The position numbers were made by a program, and so were the translations under genes. The notes under the pieces are model-generated. The model was given only the letters and a program-made list of their open reading frames with translations. It was not told the DNA's origin and ran no database searches. A DNA stretch of 53,099 nucleotides. Source: a virus (Duplodnaviria > Caudoviricetes). This document shows, in pieces, positions 1 through 8,873 of the stretch (position 1 is its first letter; every line of letters begins with the position of its first letter). The DNA is taken from the IMG/VR virus record IMGVR_UViG_3300005613_000084, positions 1 through 53,099 of that record, one strand, 5' to 3'.

Positions 1-123
1 ATGTTGATCCGGAGGCTTTAACTAAGGATTCTCTTCGCCAGGTAGTCAACGAGACGACGGTCCAGACCGTTATTGCCACGGCTTTTGCTGGGTCTCCCGG
101 GGTCATGCGGCAGATGAGTCGTG
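1..123. repeat. Terminal direct repeat (circular assembly overlap), copy 1
   Basis: Bases 1-123 are identical to 52977-53099. Confidence 0.97.
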
Positions 124-3100
124 CCAAAATCGAGCGGGTTACCCAGGAGATTATGACCTACGCCAGAGAGGGGAAAGTACCCTCTCGGAAGACATGGAAG
201 AAATGGGGGCTGGCTCCTGAGTATGGTGAGTCTCGAAAACAACGAAAAGCGTTCACAGAGCAGCTAACTGGCGCACTACAGACGCCCCTGGAGGCCCGAG
301 TGGTCCAGACGGCCCAGGAGCCAGCCGGAGCCCCGGAGGCCGTGAGCGAGCCGCAGACGGCTGCTGACAGGGCAGTAATGGACCAGGGATTGCCGGTTGG
401 TCACCCGGCGGTCCAGGAGGCTGCCGCTGCCCCCGCCAAGAAGCCAGCAGTGACCCCGCAAGAGGAGGCTGTTGAGCCTGCTGCTGAGCCAGCCAAGGTA
501 TTCCAGCAGAGGGCCCTCGGGATTGCCGGCAATTTGACGACAGAGGCCATGGAGTCTGGCGGCCCGTTGCCGGCAGATGGCATCCACGCACCAGAGACTA
601 CTAAGCCAGGAAAGAAGGGGAAGTCGCCTGTAGCCTCGAAAGCGCGAGCGGCGGCCGCTGATCTTGTTTCGATCGCGTCCCCGGTGGCGGCCGGTGGATG
701 GCAGGCCAGGCGGACAGGGCACATTATGCGAGAGGGGATGGCTCGTGCGGCGCAGTGGGACGAGGTGTCTAAGCATTCGCTGGACGCAATTGAGCGGTCG
801 TTCTATAAGATGTCGCCCGATGAGAGGCTTGAATTTATTGACCGCATGGAGTCGGGGAAAGAGCAGCCAGGCGAGTTGAATGTTGTCGCAAAGGTAATCC
901 GGAGTGAGTTGGACGCAGCGCGAAAACGTGTTCAAGAAGTCGGGAAGTTGGAGAAATTCAACGAAGACTATTTCCCGCACCTATGGAAATCCAGTCCGGA
1001 AGCAGACACAGTGCTTGGTCAAGTTTTTCAGAAGACATACAGAAAGTCGGGCTTCCTGCGTAAGCGAACGATTCCTACCGTCAAAGAGGGGCGCGAGGCT
1101 GGTCTTGAGCTTGTGACTGACAACCCGGCGGAGCTAGCGTTCATGCGAATTCACCATATGAATGAGTATGTCGCGAAAACCGAGGCAATGAGCCTCCTGA
1201 AGCAACATGGCTTGGCTGTGTTTGTTCCGGCGAGTTTAGAGAAAGACTATCTGCTGCCCGGATTTAAGTTCGTAGACGATCCGGCCTTTCTGGTGCAAAC
1301 ATCAGCAGATACGACAGTTACGGAAGTGTTTGATAAGTTGCTCGTGGATCAACTTACGTCAGTTGCAAACTCCCTTGGAGTGTCGACAAAGAGGGTAACG
1401 AAGCTGGAGTCATTCGGTGAGACCGTCACGACAAAGAAGGGGCGGCGGATCATCAAGACGCGGGTAGGGACCCCTGTGGCGACACTCGCACATGAGATCG
1501 GGCACAACATTGGCGAAATCTACGGTCTGTACGATTACATGGTCGAGAGTGGCGGCAAGGCAGTGCAGCAAGAATTAGATGCACTGTCATCCCTTCGCAC
1601 CGAAAGGTCGGTACCTGGAACGGAAGGGTTCGTTGAATACTCCAAAACTCCAGCGGAGCAAGAGGCTGTCATTCTAGAGGCGTGGCTTGTCTCGCCAGAG
1701 AAGATGCGCGAGGTTGCGCCGAAGGTGACTGGGATGTGGCAGGATTTCTTAGCTGCCAACGAGCCGCTGAGCCCACTCCTAATGCTGGACCGCTCACTCG
1801 TACTTGGGACGCAAGAGCAGACAATTGAGCAGCCTGGTGTGCGTGTGATTGGGCGATGGGCCATGCCGGAGAAGGTTGCGGGAATGATTGAGAACCAACT
1901 TTCCCCTGGTTTACGCCGAAATCCAAACACCGCAGTTCGCACACTATACAATACCGCAAGGATGTATGGTAATGCGATGAATCAGGCTAGCTTATCGTTG
2001 TCTGCGTTTCATGGAATTAACGTGACGACTGACGCTGTTGCCACACAAACTGGCGTGTCAATCCTGAAATTACTGCGCGGTGACTTGCCAAGCGCGGCGG
2101 CAGAATTCGTCACAGCCCCAATGGCTGGCTTCAAGTCGTTGTGGCGCGGAAACAAACTTATTAAAGCGATGCGCGGCGACCTCAGCAAGATAAAGAATCA
2201 GAAGTTAGCGGACACAATCGAGGACGTTATCAGGGCTGGTGGGCGGGCCAGTATGGACGCCAGGTACCATAATCAGTCGATTAGGGCCCTCAGAAACACA
2301 TTCTACAACCTGAAGTTCGGGGGGCCCATAAAAAAGGTGTCCTCGGCCATTAAGCTCCCGGTTCAGAGTGTCTTTGCGACACTGGAGGCAGCAGCAATTC
2401 CAATCATGGAGTATATGGTACCGAGGCTGAAGCTGGGGACGTTTCAGTATTTGGCAGGTGACATATACAGTAGGTCGGCTAATCTTTCCGAAGAACAGAT
2501 TACTGAACAACTAACTCAGGCATGGGATAGTGTAGATAACCGCCTTGGCCAGCTTCCGTATGACAACTTGTTCTGGAATCAGTACGTCAAGGATGTGTCT
2601 ATGTTGGCGGTACGGTCGGTTGGGTGGAATCTCGGTTCGATCCGCGAGTACGGTGGTGCAGTCACGGACATCTTTACTGCCAAGGAACGGATTGCAATGG
2701 GCGGGGAATTAGTTAGTGGCAAACAGGCTTATGTAATGGGGGCAGCCGTTTCGTATGCAACCCTCGGGGCCGTGCTGACTTACCTGTTTACTGGAGATCG
2801 ACCGAAAGAGTTGAAGGATTATTTTTTCCCGCCCACCGGCAAGCAGAATCCGGATGGAAGCGCTGAGCGGATTGGTCTACCGACCTATTCCCGTGATGTG
2901 TACTCGTGGACGCACGACCCGGCGCGAACGGCGCATCATAAAGTGCATCCGATGTGGGGCACGTTTATTGACATGTGGGCCAACGAGGACTACTACGGCA
3001 CAGAGATTCGGAATGCAGACGATCCACTAATGGCTCAACTGATTAATAGCGTGCAGCATGTTGGAGAAGCATACATACCGTTTTCGGTTCGCAATTACAT

Positions 3101-3575
3101 GAGGATGCGCGAGGCTAAAGAGCCGGCTGCCCAGGCTGCCGTTGCGAGTGGCCTCGGAATCACGTCTGCTCCCGCATATATCACGCGAAGCAAGGCGCAG
3201 AAACTCGCTATGAAGTATCTCATTGCGAAGATACCGGCCGGCTCCCGCACGCAAGAGAAAGCAGAGAAGAGCAAAAGGCGAAAGGGGCTCGTTCGCCAAC
3301 TGAGGGCCGGAGAGGAAGTTGCGCCAGAAGAGTTTGAGGGTCTCACTCTCACGGAACGGAAAGGAATCGTTGCGGAATCACGATTACAGCCGCTTGCCGC
3401 GTCAGTCAAGAGGCTGTCGTTACGTGAGGCGCTTGATGTGTACCTGCAAAGTACGCCAGAAGAGCGTAAACAACTGTGGCCAATTGTTGTGGCGAAGCGC
3501 CAGAACGCAAGAGCGATAGACCAAGAGGTAGCTAAATACTACCTTGAAGTCGCAAAACTGTCGAAGACGTTGTAA
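105..3575 (+). CDS. C-terminal part of a large (~1454 aa) internal virion/DNA-ejection protein; gene starts at 52187 and crosses the contig junction
   Basis: The frame is open from GTG 52187 through the repeat into this ORF (ATG 53081 = ATG 105). Last gene of the virion module. Contains an HExxH motif (AHEIGH). Function inferred from size and position. Confidence 0.75.
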   Translation: MRQMSRAKIERVTQEIMTYAREGKVPSRKTWKKWGLAPEYGESRKQRKAFTEQLTGALQTPLEARVVQTAQEPAGAPEAVSEPQTAADRAVMDQGLPVGHPAVQEAAAAPAKKPAVTPQEEAVEPAAEPAKVFQQRALGIAGNLTTEAMESGGPLPADGIHAPETTKPGKKGKSPVASKARAAAADLVSIASPVAAGGWQARRTGHIMREGMARAAQWDEVSKHSLDAIERSFYKMSPDERLEFIDRMESGKEQPGELNVVAKVIRSELDAARKRVQEVGKLEKFNEDYFPHLWKSSPEADTVLGQVFQKTYRKSGFLRKRTIPTVKEGREAGLELVTDNPAELAFMRIHHMNEYVAKTEAMSLLKQHGLAVFVPASLEKDYLLPGFKFVDDPAFLVQTSADTTVTEVFDKLLVDQLTSVANSLGVSTKRVTKLESFGETVTTKKGRRIIKTRVGTPVATLAHEIGHNIGEIYGLYDYMVESGGKAVQQELDALSSLRTERSVPGTEGFVEYSKTPAEQEAVILEAWLVSPEKMREVAPKVTGMWQDFLAANEPLSPLLMLDRSLVLGTQEQTIEQPGVRVIGRWAMPEKVAGMIENQLSPGLRRNPNTAVRTLYNTARMYGNAMNQASLSLSAFHGINVTTDAVATQTGVSILKLLRGDLPSAAAEFVTAPMAGFKSLWRGNKLIKAMRGDLSKIKNQKLADTIEDVIRAGGRASMDARYHNQSIRALRNTFYNLKFGGPIKKVSSAIKLPVQSVFATLEAAAIPIMEYMVPRLKLGTFQYLAGDIYSRSANLSEEQITEQLTQAWDSVDNRLGQLPYDNLFWNQYVKDVSMLAVRSVGWNLGSIREYGGAVTDIFTAKERIAMGGELVSGKQAYVMGAAVSYATLGAVLTYLFTGDRPKELKDYFFPPTGKQNPDGSAERIGLPTYSRDVYSWTHDPARTAHHKVHPMWGTFIDMWANEDYYGTEIRNADDPLMAQLINSVQHVGEAYIPFSVRNYMRMREAKEPAAQAAVASGLGITSAPAYITRSKAQKLAMKYLIAKIPAGSRTQEKAEKSKRRKGLVRQLRAGEEVAPEEFEGLTLTERKGIVAESRLQPLAASVKRLSLREALDVYLQSTPEERKQLWPIVVAKRQNARAIDQEVAKYYLEVAKLSKTL

Positions 3576-3600
3576 CTACTTTTTCCTAGGAGATGCATCT

Positions 3601-4026
3601 ATGGGACTGCTGCAATTGCTTTCGTTACTGAGACGTGTGCCCGTTCGTGATCTGATTGATTTCCCTGACGACCTGAGCGATAGTGAGGACGTTCGTCGTT
3701 GGACTATGGCGGCCATTGAGTTGGGCGTCGTGCTGGCTGAGCGCACCGTGATTGAGGTCGACGACACGATCTTCGATTTCGCTGCTGACCTGGTTGGTAA
3801 TGACGATTCGTGGGCTTTGATTCACGGTGTCGTGTTGGCGGTCATTGAGGGGCGATTCACGCCCGAGCAGAGCCTTCAGTGTTCGCAGGAGCTTCAGGAG
3901 GTTACCGAGTGCGCATTCAATCCGATGATGATCTTCGCAATCATCCAGGCTGTCCAGGCTGGGATTAAGATTCTGAAGGCGATCCGCGCGGCTCGTCAGC
4001 AGCGCCAAATTTCGCTTGCCGTGTAG
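3601..4026 (+). CDS. Hypothetical protein with C-terminal hydrophobic/amphipathic helix and basic tail; possible lysis-associated membrane protein
   Basis: AGGAG RBS before ATG 3601; C-terminus PMMIFAIIQAVQAGIKILKAIRAARQQR; lies directly after the virion genes. Confidence 0.55.
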   Translation: MGLLQLLSLLRRVPVRDLIDFPDDLSDSEDVRRWTMAAIELGVVLAERTVIEVDDTIFDFAADLVGNDDSWALIHGVVLAVIEGRFTPEQSLQCSQELQEVTECAFNPMMIFAIIQAVQAGIKILKAIRAARQQRQISLAV

Positions 4027-4039
4027 AGAGGAGGCATCC

Positions 4040-5026
4040 GTGAGACGATTGCTTTTGATTCTGCTATTGGCTTTGCCGGGGTGTGTGCCTATATCAGAGG
4101 ACCAGGAAGATGCGCTGAAATCACCTCCGGTTACATTGCCGATCCCGGAACCCGGCGATCCGATTACTGAGCCGGCCCCAGAGCCCTCTGCCGACCAACT
4201 TCGCGAATACCTCGCGGCGACTTGCCGTCTGCGCGGTGGGGGCTCTGGCGGGACAGGATGTTGTTTTGCGGTTGACGATCAGTACGTCTATATCCTGACT
4301 TGTCGGCACGTCGCCGGACGGACGAAGACGTTTGAGGCTGAGTTCTGGCTGCACGGCCGGATTACTGGCAAGTACAAAGCGACGACCGTGAAGGTCCTGA
4401 CGGTCGACGCTGCGGTTCTCAAGATTCCAGTGAGCGCCTTCAAGGAAGGCGAACTACCAAACGCCATTCCAATCGGCGAGAAGTCGCCAAAGAAAGGCAG
4501 CACGATCATTTCAGTCGGCTGCCCGGGGCTCTCGTGGCAATCGCTGTTTGAGGGGCACGTTAAGGGGAGCGCGAACATGACTCCGCAGTATAACGGTGGC
4601 AGGACGAGCTTCACGTTCGTCCCGCCACCCAAGGGTGGCCGGTCGGGTTCCGCGATTCTCCAAGATGGGAAGATCGTTGGAATCCTCTGGGGCTCCGATG
4701 GCGGAATCGGCTATGCCGTGCGCGCCGAGGATTTCCGGGCCGGAGCTATGAGCGCGATCGGCTCACGAGAGGGCTCTGGTAATTTCTTCTTCCGGGCGGA
4801 CTGGTGTAGGTTCTGCCCGGAAATGAATGAGGTCGTGGTTCAGTTAGTCCAGGAAGGTGTTGATATCCGGGTGATTGACTACGATGAGAACACGACGTTC
4901 GCGGAGATGTACGATATCGGTGGGTTGCCGGCCTATGTGAACCGGCTAGGTGAGACGTTGTCTGGGGTGCAGCCGATTGGCCGGCTGCGCGAGTTCTACG
5001 GGAGGGGGTGCAAGTGCGATTCTTAG
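4040..5026 (+). CDS. Predicted lipoprotein: trypsin-like serine protease plus C-terminal thioredoxin-like domain
   Basis: GGAGG RBS then GTG 4040; signal peptide with lipobox (RRLLLILLLALPG-C); Pro-rich linker; triad motifs LTCRHV, DAAVL, GGRSGS; ADWCRFC CxxC motif followed by thioredoxin-like GGLP. Confidence 0.85.
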   Translation: MRRLLLILLLALPGCVPISEDQEDALKSPPVTLPIPEPGDPITEPAPEPSADQLREYLAATCRLRGGGSGGTGCCFAVDDQYVYILTCRHVAGRTKTFEAEFWLHGRITGKYKATTVKVLTVDAAVLKIPVSAFKEGELPNAIPIGEKSPKKGSTIISVGCPGLSWQSLFEGHVKGSANMTPQYNGGRTSFTFVPPPKGGRSGSAILQDGKIVGILWGSDGGIGYAVRAEDFRAGAMSAIGSREGSGNFFFRADWCRFCPEMNEVVVQLVQEGVDIRVIDYDENTTFAEMYDIGGLPAYVNRLGETLSGVQPIGRLREFYGRGCKCDS

Positions 5027-5280
5027 CCTGCTGTCCACTGTGGGGGATGGCCGCACTCTTAGCGGCCGAAGGGACGCCAGGAATCCCCCAGATCGCCCCC
5101 GAGATGCTTCAAGGCGGAGCCCTGGCGGTCCTCGGCTGGACAATATATTATGTGTTGTCACGCGTTGGCCCGGCTCACACAAAGGCCCTGACGGAGCAGA
5201 GAGACGCCTTCCTGGAGGCCCTGAAGGCTGAGCGGCAGGAAATACGTGAACTCCTCTCGGCGCTCCGGAGGCCAGACTGA
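5008..5280 (+). CDS. Small membrane protein with C-terminal coiled coil (holin-like)
   Basis: Hydrophobic segments (WGMAALLAA; GGALAVLGWTIYYVL) and a charged helical tail; followed by a terminator. Confidence 0.5.
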   Translation: MQVRFLACCPLWGMAALLAAEGTPGIPQIAPEMLQGGALAVLGWTIYYVLSRVGPAHTKALTEQRDAFLEALKAERQEIRELLSALRRPD

Positions 5281-5300
5281 GCGTTAGGTGGGGCGGGAGC

Positions 5301-5333
5301 GAGCCGGCCGAGGTCACGGTCGGCTCTTTTTTT
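5301..5333 (+). terminator. Rho-independent terminator ending the late/lysis operon
   Basis: GAGCCGGCCG-aggtca-CGGTCGGCTC stem followed by T7. Confidence 0.85.
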
Positions 5334-5660
5334 GCGCGGGTGTAATCACACCCAAACCTGTTCCCTATAGTCCCTATTGTCCCCAATTTGTCATATCAAA
5401 TAAGAGTTGATATTGACATAACCTATTGCGGGGTAATGGGATGCGATCCGTCGCTATTTTCTCGCTTTATGCCTCACGAGCATGCGCCACTGCCTTCTTG
5501 GCGTCACCCTAAGATGCTGGCTAGTAGCGACTTGCGAGTTGGTCGTCTTATCTGACGGAAATCCAATAACACCCGCTTTACACCCGGGAGCTTTCTGGGT
5601 ATGCTGAATTAGTACAATTTGCTTTGGAAAATGCTATACTTCCTCTGGAGGGTGGTTGAC
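5334..5660. other. Probable attP-containing intergenic region
   Basis: Non-coding gap between the lysis terminator and the integrase; holds two 25-bp imperfect palindromes (5419-5443, 5510-5534). Core site not identified. Confidence 0.4.
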
Positions 5661-6821
5661 ATGGCGAGACCTGAAGTTGTCACGTACCGCGATTGGAAAC
5701 GCGAGCATCCCGACTGGCCCCTGACGGTCCATCCGAGCGGCCAGTGGTCGAAGAAGGTCAGAGGGCGCGTCCACTACTTCGGTCCGCTGTCTGACCCCGA
5801 CCGGGCGTTGCGACTCTGGCTCCAGGAACGCGATCATCTATTGGCCGGGATAATCCCGCCCACGCAAGACGGCGGCTTGACGGTCCGGGAACTAGTCGCC
5901 AGGCACCTCGCCGATGTGGACGACCGGATCGCCACTGGTCGGCTTTCGCCACAGACGCGCTATGATTACGTGGCCGCCAAGCGGCTCCTAGAGGATACCC
6001 GGCTCGCTGGGATGCCAGTCGCATCTCTGGGGCCGGAGCACTTCACAGCAGTCCAGAGCGGCTTGGAGCGGTCGGGGTACAGCCGGTCGACGATGCGTAA
6101 TCGTATCACAGCCGTTAAAACCGTCTTTCGCTGGGGTCGCGAGATGGGGCTGTACGACCGAGAGATTCGTTACGGCCCGAGGTTCCGTCCCCCTGGGCTT
6201 CATGCAATCGAGATTGAGCGAGAGGATCGCGGTAAGACTAGATTCCTGGATCGGGAGATGATTCTGACGGCACTTGGGACCGCGGCCCCCGACATGCAGA
6301 TCGCGATCCTATTGGGGATCAACTGCGGGTTCTATCAGGGTGATTCGGTTGTAATCACGCTTGACCACCTTCATCTGGATGGCGAGATACCGTATCACGA
6401 CTTCCGCCGCGTGAAAAACGGACGTGAACGCCGGGCGGCTCTCTGGCCTGAGACGGTCAAAGCGATCCGGGATTATCGGTACAACTATCGCAAACCGATC
6501 GACCAGACTGAACGCCGCCTCCTGTTGACTAGGCGGCGGCGCGCACATAGCGGACGAGGGGCATTAGAGCGATCGTGGTGTAAGTTGCTGCCGAATGCTC
6601 CCCTGGGCGCCTCCCTCGGTTCTCTCCGTCACACCTACGCTACTGTTGTAGACCTCGTGCCCGACCAAGCCATGATCGACCTTACGATGGGGCACGCCCC
6701 GCGTTCGCTGCAAAAACGGATCTATTCGCAACTCAATCTACATGAGCTAGGGAGGCTACGGAAAATAGCGCATACTGTACGCGAATGGTTATTTGATGGA
6801 TCGGTGCAGGATTCGCCTTGA
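5661..6821 (+). CDS. int: Tyrosine recombinase / phage integrase
   Basis: GGAGGG RBS; N-terminal arm-binding-like segment; RVKNG, SLRHTYAT, MGH and a C-terminal Tyr (RIYSQL). The first catalytic Arg position reads GFYQGD. Confidence 0.9.
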   Translation: MARPEVVTYRDWKREHPDWPLTVHPSGQWSKKVRGRVHYFGPLSDPDRALRLWLQERDHLLAGIIPPTQDGGLTVRELVARHLADVDDRIATGRLSPQTRYDYVAAKRLLEDTRLAGMPVASLGPEHFTAVQSGLERSGYSRSTMRNRITAVKTVFRWGREMGLYDREIRYGPRFRPPGLHAIEIEREDRGKTRFLDREMILTALGTAAPDMQIAILLGINCGFYQGDSVVITLDHLHLDGEIPYHDFRRVKNGRERRAALWPETVKAIRDYRYNYRKPIDQTERRLLLTRRRRAHSGRGALERSWCKLLPNAPLGASLGSLRHTYATVVDLVPDQAMIDLTMGHAPRSLQKRIYSQLNLHELGRLRKIAHTVREWLFDGSVQDSP

Positions 6822-6846
6822 CAAGATGTTTCACCCGAGTCATACT
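6818..6846 (+). promoter_or_regulatory. Sigma70-type promoter for the repressor gene
   Basis: TTGACA (6818-6823), 17-bp spacer, CATACT (6841-6846). Confidence 0.7.
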
Positions 6847-6871
6847 ACACTAGGCGCAGGGGGACACAGGC

Positions 6872-7114
6872 ATGGTGATTGCGAGCACTAGAATGCCTCT
6901 CGACCCGAAACTAAAACGACAGATGCGACGGGCCTTGTTTGAGTCGAACCTATCGCAAAGGGAATTAGCTGAGCGAACCGGCTTGGCTCCTAGCACGGTC
7001 TCTCTCGTCCTTGGTAACCGACCGTGCGATGTGAAACTCTCCACGCTTGAAGCTATCGCTCGCGCTCTTTCCTGCGAACTTGAAATTAAATTCCGCGAGC
7101 TACCGCGCGACTGA
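6872..7114 (+). CDS. XRE/Cro-CI family HTH regulator (candidate repressor)
   Basis: LSQRELAERTGLAPSTVSLVL...KLSTLEAIARALSC is a typical HTH_3 pattern. Confidence 0.9.
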   Translation: MVIASTRMPLDPKLKRQMRRALFESNLSQRELAERTGLAPSTVSLVLGNRPCDVKLSTLEAIARALSCELEIKFRELPRD

Positions 7115-7181
7115 CCCCACCTCTCGCCGCCCTCGCTGTCTTTATGTCTCTGCATTCCCGGTACTCTTCTGCGCGAGCGGT

Positions 7182-7580
7182 ATGCAATTCCTCCTCTCGG
7201 ATACCGAAGCCGTCGATATGATGCGCGCGGCAGTACGGCGCACTGACGGAAGGCTGCTGATTGACCTCCCGGATACTTCGCTGGCCAGTGTGAGGATTAA
7301 TAAGCCACACCTGCAATTCTCTGCCCTTTCGCGTATAGTCCGCTATGGACAGCAGGGCCTTCGGCTGTCCAGTATCGACTTCTCTTTACTGCGACACCTG
7401 CATGAGCACGGTCGAGTAACTTTCGAGGAAGCTCAAGACGCTGTATGGGGTAAAAATGTGAGCGATGGCGCGATTCGTAAAGCGTGCTCTCGCCTTTCTG
7501 AACGCCTCCTGGACGCCGATATCCCACTCGCGATTCTCACGCGACACGGCGCCATTCTCCTGGAGGAAGTCGCGGTCTGA
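7182..7580 (+). CDS. OmpR/PhoB-type winged-helix DNA-binding protein lacking a receiver domain (start uncertain)
   Basis: LSSIDFSLLRHL...VTFEEAQDAVWG...GAIRKACSRLSERL...ILTRHG resembles Trans_reg_C. Confidence 0.7.
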   Translation: MQFLLSDTEAVDMMRAAVRRTDGRLLIDLPDTSLASVRINKPHLQFSALSRIVRYGQQGLRLSSIDFSLLRHLHEHGRVTFEEAQDAVWGKNVSDGAIRKACSRLSERLLDADIPLAILTRHGAILLEEVAV

Positions 7581-7582
7581 TT

Positions 7583-7611
7583 TGTGACAGAAACCTGTCA
7601 CAGTTGTGACA
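7583..7611. promoter_or_regulatory. Operator-like TGTGACA/TGTCACA inverted repeats upstream of the excisionase
   Basis: TGTGACAG-aaac-CTGTCACA (7583-7602) overlapping a second dyad TGTCACA-gt-TGTGACA (7596-7611). Confidence 0.6.
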
Positions 7612-7654
7612 AGCTGTCTGGATAGAGTTGAAGTATCAGCATTGAGCTTCAACC

Positions 7655-7909
7655 ATGTTCGGCACGGCAATCATGCGACTTTTGACCTTCAAGGAAGCTG
7701 CCAGGCAACTCTCCGTCTCGGTGCGCACCATCCAACGTCTCATTGAGCGAGGCGATTTGGTATGTGTAAACGTCTCTCCGTCCGGCGCTACTAAACGACC
7801 GCGACGACGTATCCGCGAGGAAGACCTGACAGCCTTCATTCTCGTCCGCCAAGAGGAGCCCCGCCAGGATCGCCTTGCACGCCGGCGGAGGCGAAGGGCG
7901 TTTACATGA
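7655..7909 (+). CDS. xis: Excisionase-like HTH_17 DNA-binding protein
   Basis: LLTFKEAARQLSVSVRTIQRLIERGDL...RRRIREEDLTAFI. Confidence 0.85.
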   Translation: MFGTAIMRLLTFKEAARQLSVSVRTIQRLIERGDLVCVNVSPSGATKRPRRRIREEDLTAFILVRQEEPRQDRLARRRRRRAFT

Positions 7910-8043
7910 CAGAGGAAGAGATGGCCGATTGGAACCAGCGACTAGAAGACGGCTGGAGAATGCTAGCCGACGACTACGGGACAGAAGACACCGACGGATT
8001 AACGATCTGGAACCCGAAAGAACCTATCACAGACGAGGAATAG
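7906..8043 (+). CDS. Small acidic protein (45 aa, 15 D/E)
   Basis: ATGA-coupled to the xis stop and fills the gap before the ATPase: MTEEEMADWNQRLEDGWRMLADDYGTEDTDGLTIWNPKEPITDEE. Below the ORF-track cutoff. Confidence 0.55.
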   Translation: MTEEEMADWNQRLEDGWRMLADDYGTEDTDGLTIWNPKEPITDEE

Positions 8044-8045
8044 TT

Positions 8046-8831
8046 GTGGCCTACGATCTGAGTCAGATTTCATCCGGCAAGTGTGTCCGTGCACCGCGCA
8101 TCATTCTGTTGGGCGTCGAGAAGATCGGTAAGAGTACCTTTGCGGCCGGCGCGAATCAGCCGGTATTCCTCCCCATTAAAGGCGAGGAAGGAATTGACGA
8201 CCTGGACGTAAATAGGGTGCCGGTCTGTCAAACAGTTGCAGATGTTTTTGGTTGGCTGAAATTCCTGCACGAGGGCCAGCATGAATTTCAGTCGGTCGTA
8301 ATCGACTCAGTGAGTACGCTCGCGCTGATGATGCACGCGGAAATCTGCGCGAGAGGTAACGTCAAGTCAATTAACGACGTTGGCGGCGGGTATGGAAAAG
8401 GCACCGATGAAGCCGTTGGAATCTGGCAGGACATTACTGTCTGGCTGGATGCGATCCGGCGAGACCGCAATATGGCTTCAATCCTGGTTGGCCACGTCAA
8501 AATTAAGCGGTTCGACGATCCTGGCGGCGATTCCTACGACCAGTACCAAATGGATGTGCATGAGAAAGTCAGTAATCTTCTCTTCCGCTGGGCCGACTCG
8601 ATTCTGTTCTGCAATAACAAGGTCGTTGTCAAGGAAGAACAACTCGGCTTCCATAAAGATAACGTGAAGAAGCGCGGAATCGAAATCCAGGCCGGAAGCA
8701 GATGGCTCTACACACAAAAACGTCCCGCGCATCCAGGCGGAGGACGGGGTGTCTATGGCCGCCTTCCATACGAACTGCCGTTGTCTTGGGAGGCATTCAC
8801 GGCGGCCGTGTCTGCTGCAATGCAGCAATGA
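8046..8831 (+). CDS. AAA_24 family ATPase (Sak4-like single-strand annealing recombinase)
   Basis: Walker A GVEKIGKS, Walker B VVIDS, GYGKG motif; GAGGA RBS before GTG 8046. Confidence 0.85.
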   Translation: MAYDLSQISSGKCVRAPRIILLGVEKIGKSTFAAGANQPVFLPIKGEEGIDDLDVNRVPVCQTVADVFGWLKFLHEGQHEFQSVVIDSVSTLALMMHAEICARGNVKSINDVGGGYGKGTDEAVGIWQDITVWLDAIRRDRNMASILVGHVKIKRFDDPGGDSYDQYQMDVHEKVSNLLFRWADSILFCNNKVVVKEEQLGFHKDNVKKRGIEIQAGSRWLYTQKRPAHPGGGRGVYGRLPYELPLSWEAFTAAVSAAMQQ

Positions 8832-8873
8832 ATCACAGCGGCCCGGCGGAGCGCGGGCCGCCCGGAAACAGCT

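Noticed and set aside
1-123. Physical direct terminal repeat of the virion DNA
   Set aside because: The repeat lies mid-gene in an uninterrupted frame, as expected for an assembler overlap on a circular contig.
5572-5590. tRNA-Val anticodon-like CCCGC-TTTACAC-CCGGG as the attP core
   Set aside because: The flanks do not rebuild either tRNA half, and the match is too short to support without a host sequence.
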